DNA of 64,000 nt from a virus (IMGVR_UViG_3300045999_004281:1819-65818); one strand, 5' to 3'; numbered from the stretch's first letter, positions 46,213 through 53,966 are shown. Numbers and translations are program-made. Notes: generated by a model not told the origin, from the sequence alone.

Positions 46213-47479
46213 GGTTGTTCTCCTTCACGTTGACCTTCTGGCCCTTGGGCACGCGGAATGACTCACTACCAATGACACACCACAGGATGGGTTTGTCCAC
46301 GCCCGCCCACCGATCCGGGTTCGATGACATGTACCCATCCGTCAGGATGATGTACGCGTCGGGGTTCAGCCCCTTCTTCGCAAAGTACGGGGGCAGGCAG
46401 TCCGGGTTGGTGCCACCGCCGCCCTTGGGCTTGGCCTTGTGCACCACGTCCTTCATGTCCTTGGCCGTGTAGGTCTCGTGCCCAGCCACCTCGGTGTCCC
46501 AGTACAGAACATCGAGCACACCGGGCGAGGCAACCTTGATCGCCTTGTTGAGTTCACCCATGAACAGCTCCAGCATCTCGCCTTCGATAGAACCGGATGT
46601 GTCCATCGCCACGACCAACGACTTCATCCTCTTGCCCATGATCGAGGGCAGGATGATGTCTTGCCACAGGAAGTTGCGGTGCGCGCGCCGCCAGCTCGGG
46701 CTATCCCGATCCTTGAGGGACACGCGGATGAATGTGCGCAGCACCTCACGCCAGTCCACCTTGGGCTCGAGCATGCGCTTGACCGAGCGCAGCATGTCGC
46801 CGCCGATGTTGCCCGCGTAGACACCGCCTTGACGCAGGGCACCCTCCACGTCCTGAGCGAGCTGCTTCTGCTCCTCGGTGCTCATGGTCTTGGCACCTTC
46901 CCAATCGTGGTCGTCCATGCCAGCACTCGAACTTTCCGACTGACCGTCGGTTTGTTCGTCGCCCGTGCCGTCGCCGGGTTCGCCTTGCCCGCCCTGCTTC
47001 TTCTCTTCCTCCTGCTCCTTGGAGAGAATGTCGAACACCTGCTTGGTGTCCATGCCACGGAAGCGCACGTCGATCAGACCGATCGGCTTGCGGGTCTTCT
47101 TGTCCATGGGCATCTGGATAGTCGTGCCCTCGGGATCCATGTCTTGCAACTGGATGTTGATCACGTAATCGCACGCGTAGTTCGCCAGCCTGCGATTGCG
47201 CTCGTACAGGTGACGCCACGTGGTGAGGTGGCGGTAGCACTTGTGCATGTTCTCGTGCAGCACAAGGAAGGCCAGCTCTTTGTCGGACAGCTCATCGACA
47301 AAGGCTCGGCCGTACATGGCGTCGCGACCATTGGTCGCCGCCGTGATGGGGGCATCGAGGACCGAGGTCTTGCCCACCATGAACAGGCCCGCGAAGAACG
47401 CGAACCGCTTGTCACGCATCAGAGACACGTGCACCAACTCCAGCCGACGCTCGGCTGCTAGCTTCTTGACTGCCAACAT
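46205..47479 (-). CDS. DUF2201-type metallopeptidase-vWA protein
   Basis: TAATNG, LHENMH (HExxH), NYACDYVIN; MIDAS DTSGS, GGGGT, LTDGY. Confidence 0.88.
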   Translation of the reverse strand: MLAVKKLAAERRLELVHVSLMRDKRFAFFAGLFMVGKTSVLDAPITAATNGRDAMYGRAFVDELSDKELAFLVLHENMHKCYRHLTTWRHLYERNRRLANYACDYVINIQLQDMDPEGTTIQMPMDKKTRKPIGLIDVRFRGMDTKQVFDILSKEQEEEKKQGGQGEPGDGTGDEQTDGQSESSSAGMDDHDWEGAKTMSTEEQKQLAQDVEGALRQGGVYAGNIGGDMLRSVKRMLEPKVDWREVLRTFIRVSLKDRDSPSWRRAHRNFLWQDIILPSIMGKRMKSLVVAMDTSGSIEGEMLELFMGELNKAIKVASPGVLDVLYWDTEVAGHETYTAKDMKDVVHKAKPKGGGGTNPDCLPPYFAKKGLNPDAYIILTDGYMSSNPDRWAGVDKPILWCVIGSESFRVPKGQKVNVKENNHG

Positions 47480-47565
47480 TAGGGCCTCCATACAAAAACG
47501 TCCAATAGGACAACAATGATTGCAAGCAGGAACACCACCCGCTCGACTTTCTCAACACGACTCAT
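47479..47565 (-). CDS. 28-aa membrane peptide
   Basis: AAGGAGG RBS; VVFLLAIIVVLLDVFVWRP. Confidence 0.6.
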   Translation of the reverse strand: MSRVEKVERVVFLLAIIVVLLDVFVWRP

Positions 47566-47858
47566 CTCACCTCCTTCGCTGCGGCGATGGCGGCGCGGGC
47601 TTTGTCGCCCCACGGGTTGCCTTGTCTGAAGTGATACGAATAGTCCCTGACGATTTCCTCCAACGCCTCCAGCAGTTGCGCGTTCACGCTGTGCAGGCGT
47701 TTGCGCTCCTGCTCCAGTTCGTTGGCGTAGCGCCACCCTTCGCGCTCGGATTGGTGCAGGCGGCGCAGTTCGGCGGCAAACTCAGCGCACCCTTCCATAT
47801 CCTTCCAAGCGGTCTCCAGTTCATCAGCCAGCCGCAAGGCTTCGGGTTGTTGATCCAT
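47562..47858 (-). CDS. Hypothetical protein
   Basis: GGAGG RBS; QPEALRLADEL...AAELRRLH...LLEALE...ARAAIA. Confidence 0.7.
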   Translation of the reverse strand: MDQQPEALRLADELETAWKDMEGCAEFAAELRRLHQSEREGWRYANELEQERKRLHSVNAQLLEALEEIVRDYSYHFRQGNPWGDKARAAIAAAKEVR

Positions 47859-47860
47859 GA

Positions 47861-48034
47861 TTACCTCCGATCAAAGTCTTCGAGTCGCCGGGCATGCTCC
47901 AGCCGCTCGTACTCTTCAACAATCGCACGGTCACGCGCCTCCTCGTTCGCTTGCTCGGCGAGATCCCAGAGCCGGGCCTCGGCCTCCTCCCACGTGTCGC
48001 CGTCTTCCATGATTTCGCGAATGGTTCTCTTCAT
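47861..48034 (-). CDS. Small acidic hypothetical protein
   Basis: GGAG RBS; TGATG coupling at 48034. Confidence 0.6.
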   Translation of the reverse strand: MKRTIREIMEDGDTWEEAEARLWDLAEQANEEARDRAIVEEYERLEHARRLEDFDRR

Positions 48035-48210
48035 CACATCATCTCCAAAGTAATAAGTTGCCACTGCACCATCGAGTGGGTGCTGACCAGCGTCAGCATC
48101 TTCTCGGCCAGCTCCCTGTCTTCGAATGCGTACGGGCCAACGCCATGCCCGCTGTGATCAACGTGCCACCAGTGCAGCACGTAGACCAGCTTTGGCTCCA
48201 TGCGGCTCAT
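48034..48210 (-). CDS. 58-aa hypothetical protein (not in ORF track)
   Basis: MSRMEPKLVYVLHWWHVDHSG...; coupled at both ends. Confidence 0.55.
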   Translation of the reverse strand: MSRMEPKLVYVLHWWHVDHSGHGVGPYAFEDRELAEKMLTLVSTHSMVQWQLITLEMM

Positions 48211-48407
48211 CGCGTCATGCTCCCGATCAGTTCATTGACGGACTTGGCCGACGCCTTGATCTCGTAGCCCAGCTTCTTGATCTGCACCAACGTGTCGTCG
48301 GTCAGGGTCTTTGTGCCCGCGATGGCCGCGAACGCTTTGGCCTTGTCGCACGCCGGGTAGTACACCCACTTGCCGTACTTCGGCTCGATGATTACTTCGA
48401 TGTTCAT
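48207..48407 (-). CDS. Hypothetical protein
   Basis: AAGGAGAAAGCAAATG; YG...YPACDKAKAFAAIAGTKTLT...IKKLGY. Confidence 0.75.
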   Translation of the reverse strand: MNIEVIIEPKYGKWVYYPACDKAKAFAAIAGTKTLTDDTLVQIKKLGYEIKASAKSVNELIGSMTR

Positions 48408-48706
48408 TTGCTTTCTCCTTCCAAGTTACAGATACGCTCCAGAAGTTCTTCAACCTCCAGCCACTCAAGGCGACCCTCTACATCGCTCGTGATCGGCGTG
48501 TCGTAGGTCAGGTCGTAGTCATCAATGCCCGCATCAGTCTCCGCGTTCCACTTGATCACGGCCAGCTCCCACTGACCCTCGGGCCCGCCGTAGCTGAACG
48601 CTGTGCGGATCACGCTCGCGCCGTACCCGTTGGGGAACCGGTACAACTTCTGCACACCACCCATCCCAGCGGGGTGGCTGCGCTCCTCGACTTGATACTC
48701 ATCCAT
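48404..48706 (-). CDS. Hypothetical protein
   Basis: FPNGYGASV...SYGG...ELAV...YDTPITSDVEG.L. Confidence 0.75.
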   Translation of the reverse strand: MDEYQVEERSHPAGMGGVQKLYRFPNGYGASVIRTAFSYGGPEGQWELAVIKWNAETDAGIDDYDLTYDTPITSDVEGRLEWLEVEELLERICNLEGESK

Positions 48707-48725
48707 TGCTTTCTCCTTAAACAAT

Positions 48726-48740
48726 CCGACACGCTGTCGG
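48726..48740. promoter_or_regulatory. Palindromic repeat, copy 2
   Basis: CCGACA-cgc-TGTCGG between AAA stop and next RBS. Confidence 0.65.
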
Positions 48741-49817
48741 TTAGTCCTTCAGCCCCGCGAACATGTACTGGTTCTCGCGAGCCCACGTCACGAACGACGG
48801 GTGCGTGAGCAGCCATGCCTTCTTGTCTTTGATCTCGAGCGCCGAGTTGATGAACACGGCTTGCGTCTCCTTGGGCATGCGACGGACATACCGCATCCAA
48901 GTGGCGAAGTTCTCACGCGTGATGACCCGCACCGCCTTGAACACCAGAATGCACTGGGCCGCAGGCGAAGTGGGCACGATGGCCGAGTCCGGCGAGGTCT
49001 CGATGGATTCACGGGTCGGCAGTTGATCGGCCAGCTCGATGTAGCTCTGCAGGTCACGGCTTGCAGAGAACCCGATGGTGCCGTCGAGTGCGCCGATGAA
49101 CGCGTTCTCGGTCAGCTTGTCACGCCGGGCCACCCAATGCGACGCCTTGACCAGCGAACGGGGCGAGACGAACGCAGTCTGCGACGCGTCGTTGGGGTTG
49201 AAGATGTAGGGGTTCTTCTCTTGGCCCGGATCCATGTACGACGCCATGCAGTACTCGGTCTCGTGGACCCACGCGATCACCTCCTCGGCCACGCCCGCGT
49301 TGTTCGCCCACGCACACCACTCCATGGCGGTCGGCTTCATGTAGTTGATCCACGTCTGGCGGTTGCGGGTATGGGCCTTGGCGCTGTCGCCCACGCCGTC
49401 CGTGACCATGTTGCCCGTGGTGAACACGATGGTGTCCGGGTGCAGGTTGAAGCTACCGAGGCGGCGCTCGTGCAGCAGCGGGTGCAGAGTGTTGCGCACG
49501 TAGTCGTCAGTCTTCGTCCACTCGTCGATCATGATGACCAGCGGCTCACCGGTGTGCAGCCCATAGGATGCAGCCGGATAGAAGTCCAGCGTGCGCGTCT
49601 CGTGGTTCGGGATGGGCATACCCGACTGGCCCACGTCGGTGTTGGGGCCGTCGATGTACACGCCCTTGAACCCGGTGCGAGCGATGATCTCCTTGTGCAT
49701 GGCGGTCTTGCCGACACCGGGCTCACCCATGAGGTGCACGGCGTTGTCGCCCGCGTTGAGCAGCAGGTCAACGGACTCGGCGAAGTTGAGGCGACGGGAC
49801 AGATTCAGATCAGACAT
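48741..49817 (-). CDS. MoxR-like AAA+ ATPase
   Basis: Walker A GEPGVGKT, Walker B IMIDE, TGN sensor, arginine finger NR, SPRS. Confidence 0.88.
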   Translation of the reverse strand: MSDLNLSRRLNFAESVDLLLNAGDNAVHLMGEPGVGKTAMHKEIIARTGFKGVYIDGPNTDVGQSGMPIPNHETRTLDFYPAASYGLHTGEPLVIMIDEWTKTDDYVRNTLHPLLHERRLGSFNLHPDTIVFTTGNMVTDGVGDSAKAHTRNRQTWINYMKPTAMEWCAWANNAGVAEEVIAWVHETEYCMASYMDPGQEKNPYIFNPNDASQTAFVSPRSLVKASHWVARRDKLTENAFIGALDGTIGFSASRDLQSYIELADQLPTRESIETSPDSAIVPTSPAAQCILVFKAVRVITRENFATWMRYVRRMPKETQAVFINSALEIKDKKAWLLTHPSFVTWARENQYMFAGLKD

Positions 49818-49844
49818 TTGATTCTCCAAAGGTGGTTTAAGAAA

Positions 49845-49860
49845 CCGACACGGTGGTCGG
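49845..49860. promoter_or_regulatory. Palindromic repeat, copy 3
   Basis: CCGAC-acggtg-GTCGG upstream of AAA gene. Confidence 0.6.
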
Positions 49861-49865
49861 AAAGT

Positions 49866-50069
49866 TCAGGCCACGCGGCCCAGCTTGTCACGCAGGTAAT
49901 CCCACATCAGGTCATGGGCACGTTCGCGCTGGCCGGTGCGCATGAGCTGAAAGATCTCGCGAAGCTCCACGACACCGTCGTGCCCGAACCGGTCGTTGAA
50001 CTCTTCCCGGATCTCGTCGTCATCGAACTCACTGAGATCTACTTCCACGTAGGTGGATATGGATGGCAT
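49866..50069 (-). CDS. Small acidic hypothetical protein
   Basis: GGAGAAAGCAAATG; VEVDLSEFDDDEIREE. Confidence 0.75.
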   Translation of the reverse strand: MPSISTYVEVDLSEFDDDEIREEFNDRFGHDGVVELREIFQLMRTGQRERAHDLMWDYLRDKLGRVA

Positions 50070-50089
50070 TTGCTTTCTCCAAAGTTGGT

Positions 50090-50341
50090 TTACGAACGGG
50101 GACTTTTCTGGTTGGTGTCCATGACGGTCCGGTGTGCGGACGCGCTGGTCACAAACTGATACGGGCCCTTGCCGTACTCCTGCACGACGCACCACGACAG
50201 GCGTGCCTCATGCGCGAGTTGGTCGCCGCAAGCGCGGCATGTGTGGTAGCCAAGCTGCCAACGGGCGATGTGAACATCGTCGCCGCAGAGCTGACAATCA
50301 AAGTATTCGTTGCTAGTGTGATGGTGCACAGTACCCTCCAA
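50090..50341 (-). CDS. DksA/TraR-type C4 zinc-finger protein
   Basis: CQLCGDDVHIARWQLGYHTCRACG; start codon uncertain. Confidence 0.65.
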   Translation of the reverse strand: MEGTVHHHTSNEYFDCQLCGDDVHIARWQLGYHTCRACGDQLAHEARLSWCVVQEYGKGPYQFVTSASAHRTVMDTNQKSPRS

Positions 50342-50347
50342 TAAAGG

Positions 50348-50375
50348 AACAAAGCGACAAGCACGTCGGTTTGTT
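50348..50375. promoter_or_regulatory. Palindromic repeat, copy 4
   Basis: AACAAA-GCGAC-aagcac-GTCGG-TTTGTT. Confidence 0.65.
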
Positions 50376-50429
50376 GGTACCCGGGGACAACGCCCGCTGC
50401 GCTGTCAACCACCCGATGTACCAAGGTAC

Positions 50430-50458
50430 ATCATACCACAAATACTTGACAATGTCAA
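50430..50458 (-). promoter_or_regulatory. Strong sigma70 early promoter with overlapping dyad
   Basis: TTGACA-17-TATGAT with extended TG; CTTGAC-aat-GTCAAG palindrome at 50445-50459. Confidence 0.8.
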
Positions 50459-50465
50459 GACCCCG

Positions 50466-50783
50466 TTAGCGTTTACCGAGCATTGTTTGCATACTTGGGC
50501 CGATGTACGGGTCATGCTTGGGTTCGTTCACATCCCACATCGTCAGCACCGGGAGCGAGCCGTCCTTGGGGTAGTACCAATACACAGGTGTGAACTCGCG
50601 CCCGTCCAGCTCCGCCTGCGCGGTCTCCCGCGTGCACTCCACGCCCGCGTTGTGCTCCATCAGCAGTTGCGAGTACGCCTTGGCGAACGCACCGGTCTTG
50701 CGCATCACCATCGAGGGGTCGAGGAGGGTTACGTTGTAGACGACGCGTGGGTCGTCGCTGCTGTAGACGTATTGCTTGGTCAT
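50466..50783 (-). CDS. Paralogue 3 of tandem GREFT-YW family
   Basis: DGREFTPVYWYYPKDGSLPVLTMWDVNE. Confidence 0.75.
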   Translation of the reverse strand: MTKQYVYSSDDPRVVYNVTLLDPSMVMRKTGAFAKAYSQLLMEHNAGVECTRETAQAELDGREFTPVYWYYPKDGSLPVLTMWDVNEPKHDPYIGPSMQTMLGKR

Positions 50784-51055
50784 AGCTGTGCGTGGATGAA
50801 GTACCGCTTGTTGAGTGCGACTTCGGGCGACTCGTTCATGTCCCAGAGCGTGAGCACAGGCACCCCGTCCTCACCGTACCACCAGTAGATCCTCGTGAAC
50901 TCCCGGCCACCGAACTCGGCCGCCGCCGTCTCGAACACGCACTCGTCGCGGGCAACGGCAGGTAGCCACCTCTCGCGGGGCACGTTGTCCAGCGCCAGCC
51001 GGAGCTGCCGCTCGATGATGCTGGGCCTCCACGGCACCTCGGGGTTATCGATCAT
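50780..51055 (-). CDS. Paralogue 2 of tandem GREFT-YW family
   Basis: GGREFTRIYWWYGEDGVPVLTLWDMNE. Confidence 0.75.
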   Translation of the reverse strand: MIDNPEVPWRPSIIERQLRLALDNVPRERWLPAVARDECVFETAAAEFGGREFTRIYWWYGEDGVPVLTLWDMNESPEVALNKRYFIHAQL

Positions 51056-51305
51056 CGTTCATATCCCAGAGCGTCATGATGGGCGGCTGGCCCGGCTGGC
51101 GGTACCAGTAGATGGGCGTGAACTCCCGTCCATCCCGCTCGGCCCGCCGCTTCTCAAGGTTGGCCATCTCCCGCACGAACCGGGCGAGGTGTTCGAACGG
51201 CACATCCTTCATCCACCCATTGGTCCGCACACCACTGAAGAAGTCCCGCTGCGCCATGCGTTCGCGCATGTCGAAGACTTCCTCCAAGGTCATCAGCTTT
51301 GCCAT
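51045..51305 (-). CDS. Paralogue 1 of tandem GREFT-YW family
   Basis: GGAGGAG RBS; DGREFTPIYWYRQPGQPPIMTLWDMND. Confidence 0.75.
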   Translation of the reverse strand: MAKLMTLEEVFDMRERMAQRDFFSGVRTNGWMKDVPFEHLARFVREMANLEKRRAERDGREFTPIYWYRQPGQPPIMTLWDMNDDR

Positions 51306-51320
51306 AGCTCCTCCAACATT

Positions 51321-51335
51321 CCGACACCGCGTCGG
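51321..51335. promoter_or_regulatory. Palindromic repeat, copy 5
   Basis: CCGAC-accgc-GTCGG between stop codon and next RBS. Confidence 0.65.
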
Positions 51336-52061
51336 TTAGTTCTTGCCCGCCATGGCCGAGCGGCCCCGACGGATCAGGTCGAAGATGTCGTCGCCCGCCT
51401 CGCCCTCGTGCACCGTTTCCGGTTGGGGGTTGTCCGTGCTCTCGTCCACGACCGCAGGCTGCACCGGAGCGGGCAACGCATCCTCGTCCCACAGCTCATC
51501 GTCCTCCGCACCTCCCTGAGCCGGGACGATGCGCGGCTTGATGATCAGCACCGGCACGTCAGGTTCAGCGAACCGGGGCTGCGCCTTGGTTGGTACTTTG
51601 TAGCTACGCGAGTCGTGCATCCCCTTGGCGTCGTACCCGGCCAGAACGGCAGCGTCCAGCAGGATCTTGATGTGAGTCGGGTTCTTGGGTCGCAGGGCGA
51701 TGAGTTCCTCGTCGGGCGGCGCGATCAGGTGGCGGCGCTCTTCCTGCTCGGGCAGCAGTCCGTTGGGATTGGACAGCTCAAGGCGCTTCGCCCGCACGGC
51801 CTTGGACTCGGCGAAGTGGAACGGGTTAACACAGAATGGATTGGAGCACCTGTGGACAAGTCTAGGCCCGGCCGGGACGAACCGGCAGATGGTGAAGAGG
51901 ATCCGCATGACGGAGGTCGTGCCGAACCGCCTCGCCAGCGGCGAGTTGGGGGAGAGCATCGGCATGGGGGTGGAGGACTGGGGCCAGAGGTAGCAGTCGT
52001 CCTTGACCGTGCAGTTGTCGAGGAGGTCGTCGGCGTTTTGGTACTTGATGGGGCGGGGCAT
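51336..52061 (-). CDS. HNH-like (Zn-binding loop) protein with acidic tail
   Basis: DDCYLW...VHRCSNPFCVNPFH; AAGGA RBS. Confidence 0.65.
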   Translation of the reverse strand: MPRPIKYQNADDLLDNCTVKDDCYLWPQSSTPMPMLSPNSPLARRFGTTSVMRILFTICRFVPAGPRLVHRCSNPFCVNPFHFAESKAVRAKRLELSNPNGLLPEQEERRHLIAPPDEELIALRPKNPTHIKILLDAAVLAGYDAKGMHDSRSYKVPTKAQPRFAEPDVPVLIIKPRIVPAQGGAEDDELWDEDALPAPVQPAVVDESTDNPQPETVHEGEAGDDIFDLIRRGRSAMAGKN

Positions 52062-52104
52062 GGGTTTGATATCCTTAACCGTAAAACTGTCTTATGAGGC
52101 CTGA

Positions 52105-52133
52105 AGCATATCTTTCAAAATCAAGAAAGTCAA
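52105..52133 (-). promoter_or_regulatory. Sigma70-type promoter
   Basis: TTGACT-17-TATGCT. Confidence 0.65.
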
Positions 52134-52299
52134 CGTTTATGCGGGTCTGCGAGGGGAAAGATCAAAAATATTTGGTGTTGTTCCTGTCGCGGGGAACTAT
52201 AAAGAGGGGGAAGAGAGCGGGGGCCCAATCATCCAGCAGCTCAAGTTTTTCTGTGTTGAGGCGGGGGGATTCCCGGGACCTCTCACTGTTCGCCAAGTC

Positions 52300-52580
52300 C
52301 TGAACAATACAATATATTATATATCTTATAAGAGAAGAAACAAACAAAATCAACAACTTAGAGAGGGAGGTGCCTACTGGAAAGATATGCCAGCGACGGG
52401 GTTTGGCAATATTACGGAAATCGCCTTGTTAGTTATGAAAACTCGGGGTGTGTAATACTCTGTGGATAAGTGGGTGCGGAGGGGGTCAGAAAACGCGTCC
52501 GTCAGAGGAGAAACGCCCGCGTAGCTGCTTGTGGATAACCTGTGCGCAACGCCCGCTTTTCTGCTTAAAATTTAGGCAGT
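52300..52580. other. Candidate replication origin (AT-rich tract, IHF site, two DnaA boxes, Fis-like site)
   Basis: IHF consensus at 52348-52360; TGTGGATAA at 52461-52469 and 52530-52538; Fis-like 52563-52577. Confidence 0.6.
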
Positions 52581-52689
52581 AAGACAGTTAACAAGAAAAA
52601 AGCATACTTATGGCTGTAACGCTTTCACCGGCTGGGCGGTCTTCTCGGTTACAGTCTTACAAGAAAGTATTCAAAAATCGAAAAACAAC

Positions 52690-52704
52690 CCGACAGCGTG
52701 TCGG
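52690..52704. promoter_or_regulatory. Palindromic repeat, copy 6
   Basis: CCGACA-gcg-TGTCGG, the exact reverse complement of copy 2. Confidence 0.65.
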
Positions 52705-52844
52705 AATGTTGCCCGCCCTGCTATGTCAGCGCGGGCGAGGCGGGCCGGACCATAAACTTTCCATGGCCATCCTATGCTTTGCTATGTCTATGTCGCCACG
52801 CCCGCATGGACTACCCCGTTGCGTGGTACCAACCCCGCCCGCGT

Positions 52845-52988
52845 GGGCTGGCCCGTTCGTTCTCCTCCCGGAACTACTATCCGTGTAGCGCAGCATAGGT
52901 TGTGGCCCGATGAGCTAGCTCAAAACTGACGCGGGGGCTGGCCCGTTCTACGCTATGCCGTTGCTCGAGGCCCGGGAACTACTATCGC
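52845..52988. repeat. Paired direct repeats GGGCTGGCCCGTTC and GGAACTACTATC
   Basis: 52845-52858 and 52935-52948; 52870-52881 and 52975-52986. Confidence 0.75.
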
Positions 52989-53001
52989 GCCCGCCGCGAC
53001 C

Positions 53002-53027
53002 GGGGCGGGTCGGGCGGGTCGGGCGGG
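53002..53027 (+). repeat. GGGCGGGTC tandem repeat, G-quadruplex motif
   Basis: Six G3+ tracts with 1-2 nt loops. Confidence 0.6.
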
Positions 53028-53044
53028 CAGGATCGCGCAGACGC

Positions 53045-53076
53045 AAAAAAGCCCCGACTGCCGAAGCAGCCGGGGC
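53045..53076 (-). terminator. Rho-independent terminator
   Basis: GCCCCGGCTGC-TTCG-GCAGTCGGGGC followed by U6. Confidence 0.9.
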
Positions 53077-53093
53077 GAGCGAAGCGGGCAGGG

Positions 53094-53261
53094 TCAGGCG
53101 TGGCGGGCGTGATCCCACAGGACGGCCATGGCCAGCCCGAAGCAGAGCAGGGCCGCGACCGCGAACCCGAGCGAGACGGTACCGAGGGCAATGCCCGCGA
53201 CGAGGGTGAGCGCGCCGAGGACGACCGACGCGAACACGAACTTTTGCGCGAAGTCAGACAT
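53094..53261 (-). CDS. 55-aa two-TM membrane protein (not in ORF track)
   Basis: GGAGAA RBS; MSDFAQKFVFASVVLGALTLVAGIALGTVSLGFAVAALLCFGLAMAVLWDHARHA; followed by terminator. Confidence 0.75.
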   Translation of the reverse strand: MSDFAQKFVFASVVLGALTLVAGIALGTVSLGFAVAALLCFGLAMAVLWDHARHA

Positions 53262-53277
53262 ACGATTCTCCAGAATA

Positions 53278-53310
53278 GAAAAGCCCGGCCACCGAGCGGG
53301 TGGCGCGGGC
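53278..53310 (-). terminator. Probable terminator/attenuator after first early gene
   Basis: GCCCG-c-GCCACC/GGTGGC-CGGGC stem followed by UUUUCU. Confidence 0.55.
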
Positions 53311-53318
53311 CGGGTTGA

Positions 53319-53966
53319 TTACGACAGGGCGAGCAGGGCAGCCTGCAGCTTGGCGTCGGCATCCGAGGTCTTGGCCTTGGCCAATTCCTTGGCACGCTCG
53401 AGCAGCTTATCGAGCACCGCCTTGCGGGCGACGGCCTCGGCCTCGAGCACCGGCTTTTCGCGCCGGGCCTTCTCTTGCGCCAGCGCCTGCGCCTTGCGCA
53501 GCGACTCGACCGTGCCCGCCTCGACCGCCGCAGTCAGCTCAATCTCGAGCTGGTTATCGGTCTTGGCCTGCAGCTCGGCCAATTGCTTGGCGCGCTTTTC
53601 GGACATGGCCTTGGCCGCCTTGGACTCGGCCTTGGGCCGCTCGAAGCCGCAGGTCTTGACGATGCGATTGACCGCACGCTCCCAGACCTTGGCGGCCGCC
53701 TCGTCGGACGGCGCGCCCTTATCACGGCAGCCAGTGACGTAAGCCGAGCGAATCGCCATGAAGGTCAGGTAATCGCGGCCCTTGACCAGATCGAACAGGG
53801 ACACGTCGCACTGGCCGAGGGACCGCTCGGCGCGGGCCTTGGCATCCTCGGCGACCCAGTAGTCGCGGCCGAGTTGCTCGATCGTCTCCATCTCGCTCGG
53901 ATCGAGCAGGACGGATTGATTGTCAGCGCCGACGGCGGAAACGGAAGCTTGAATGGCTTGAGACAT
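53319..53966 (-). CDS. First early gene, alpha-helical A/K/E-rich protein
   Basis: GGAGAA RBS, start 53966; coiled-coil C-terminus. Confidence 0.75.
   Translation of the reverse strand: MSQAIQASVSAVGADNQSVLLDPSEMETIEQLGRDYWVAEDAKARAERSLGQCDVSLFDLVKGRDYLTFMAIRSAYVTGCRDKGAPSDEAAAKVWERAVNRIVKTCGFERPKAESKAAKAMSEKRAKQLAELQAKTDNQLEIELTAAVEAGTVESLRKAQALAQEKARREKPVLEAEAVARKAVLDKLLERAKELAKAKTSDADAKLQAALLALS

Noticed and set aside
52094-53040. Short ORFs listed in the control region (52094-52303, 52162-52356, 52610-52888, 52698-52898)
   Set aside because: No RBS, atypical composition, and they overlap regulatory and origin-like motifs.
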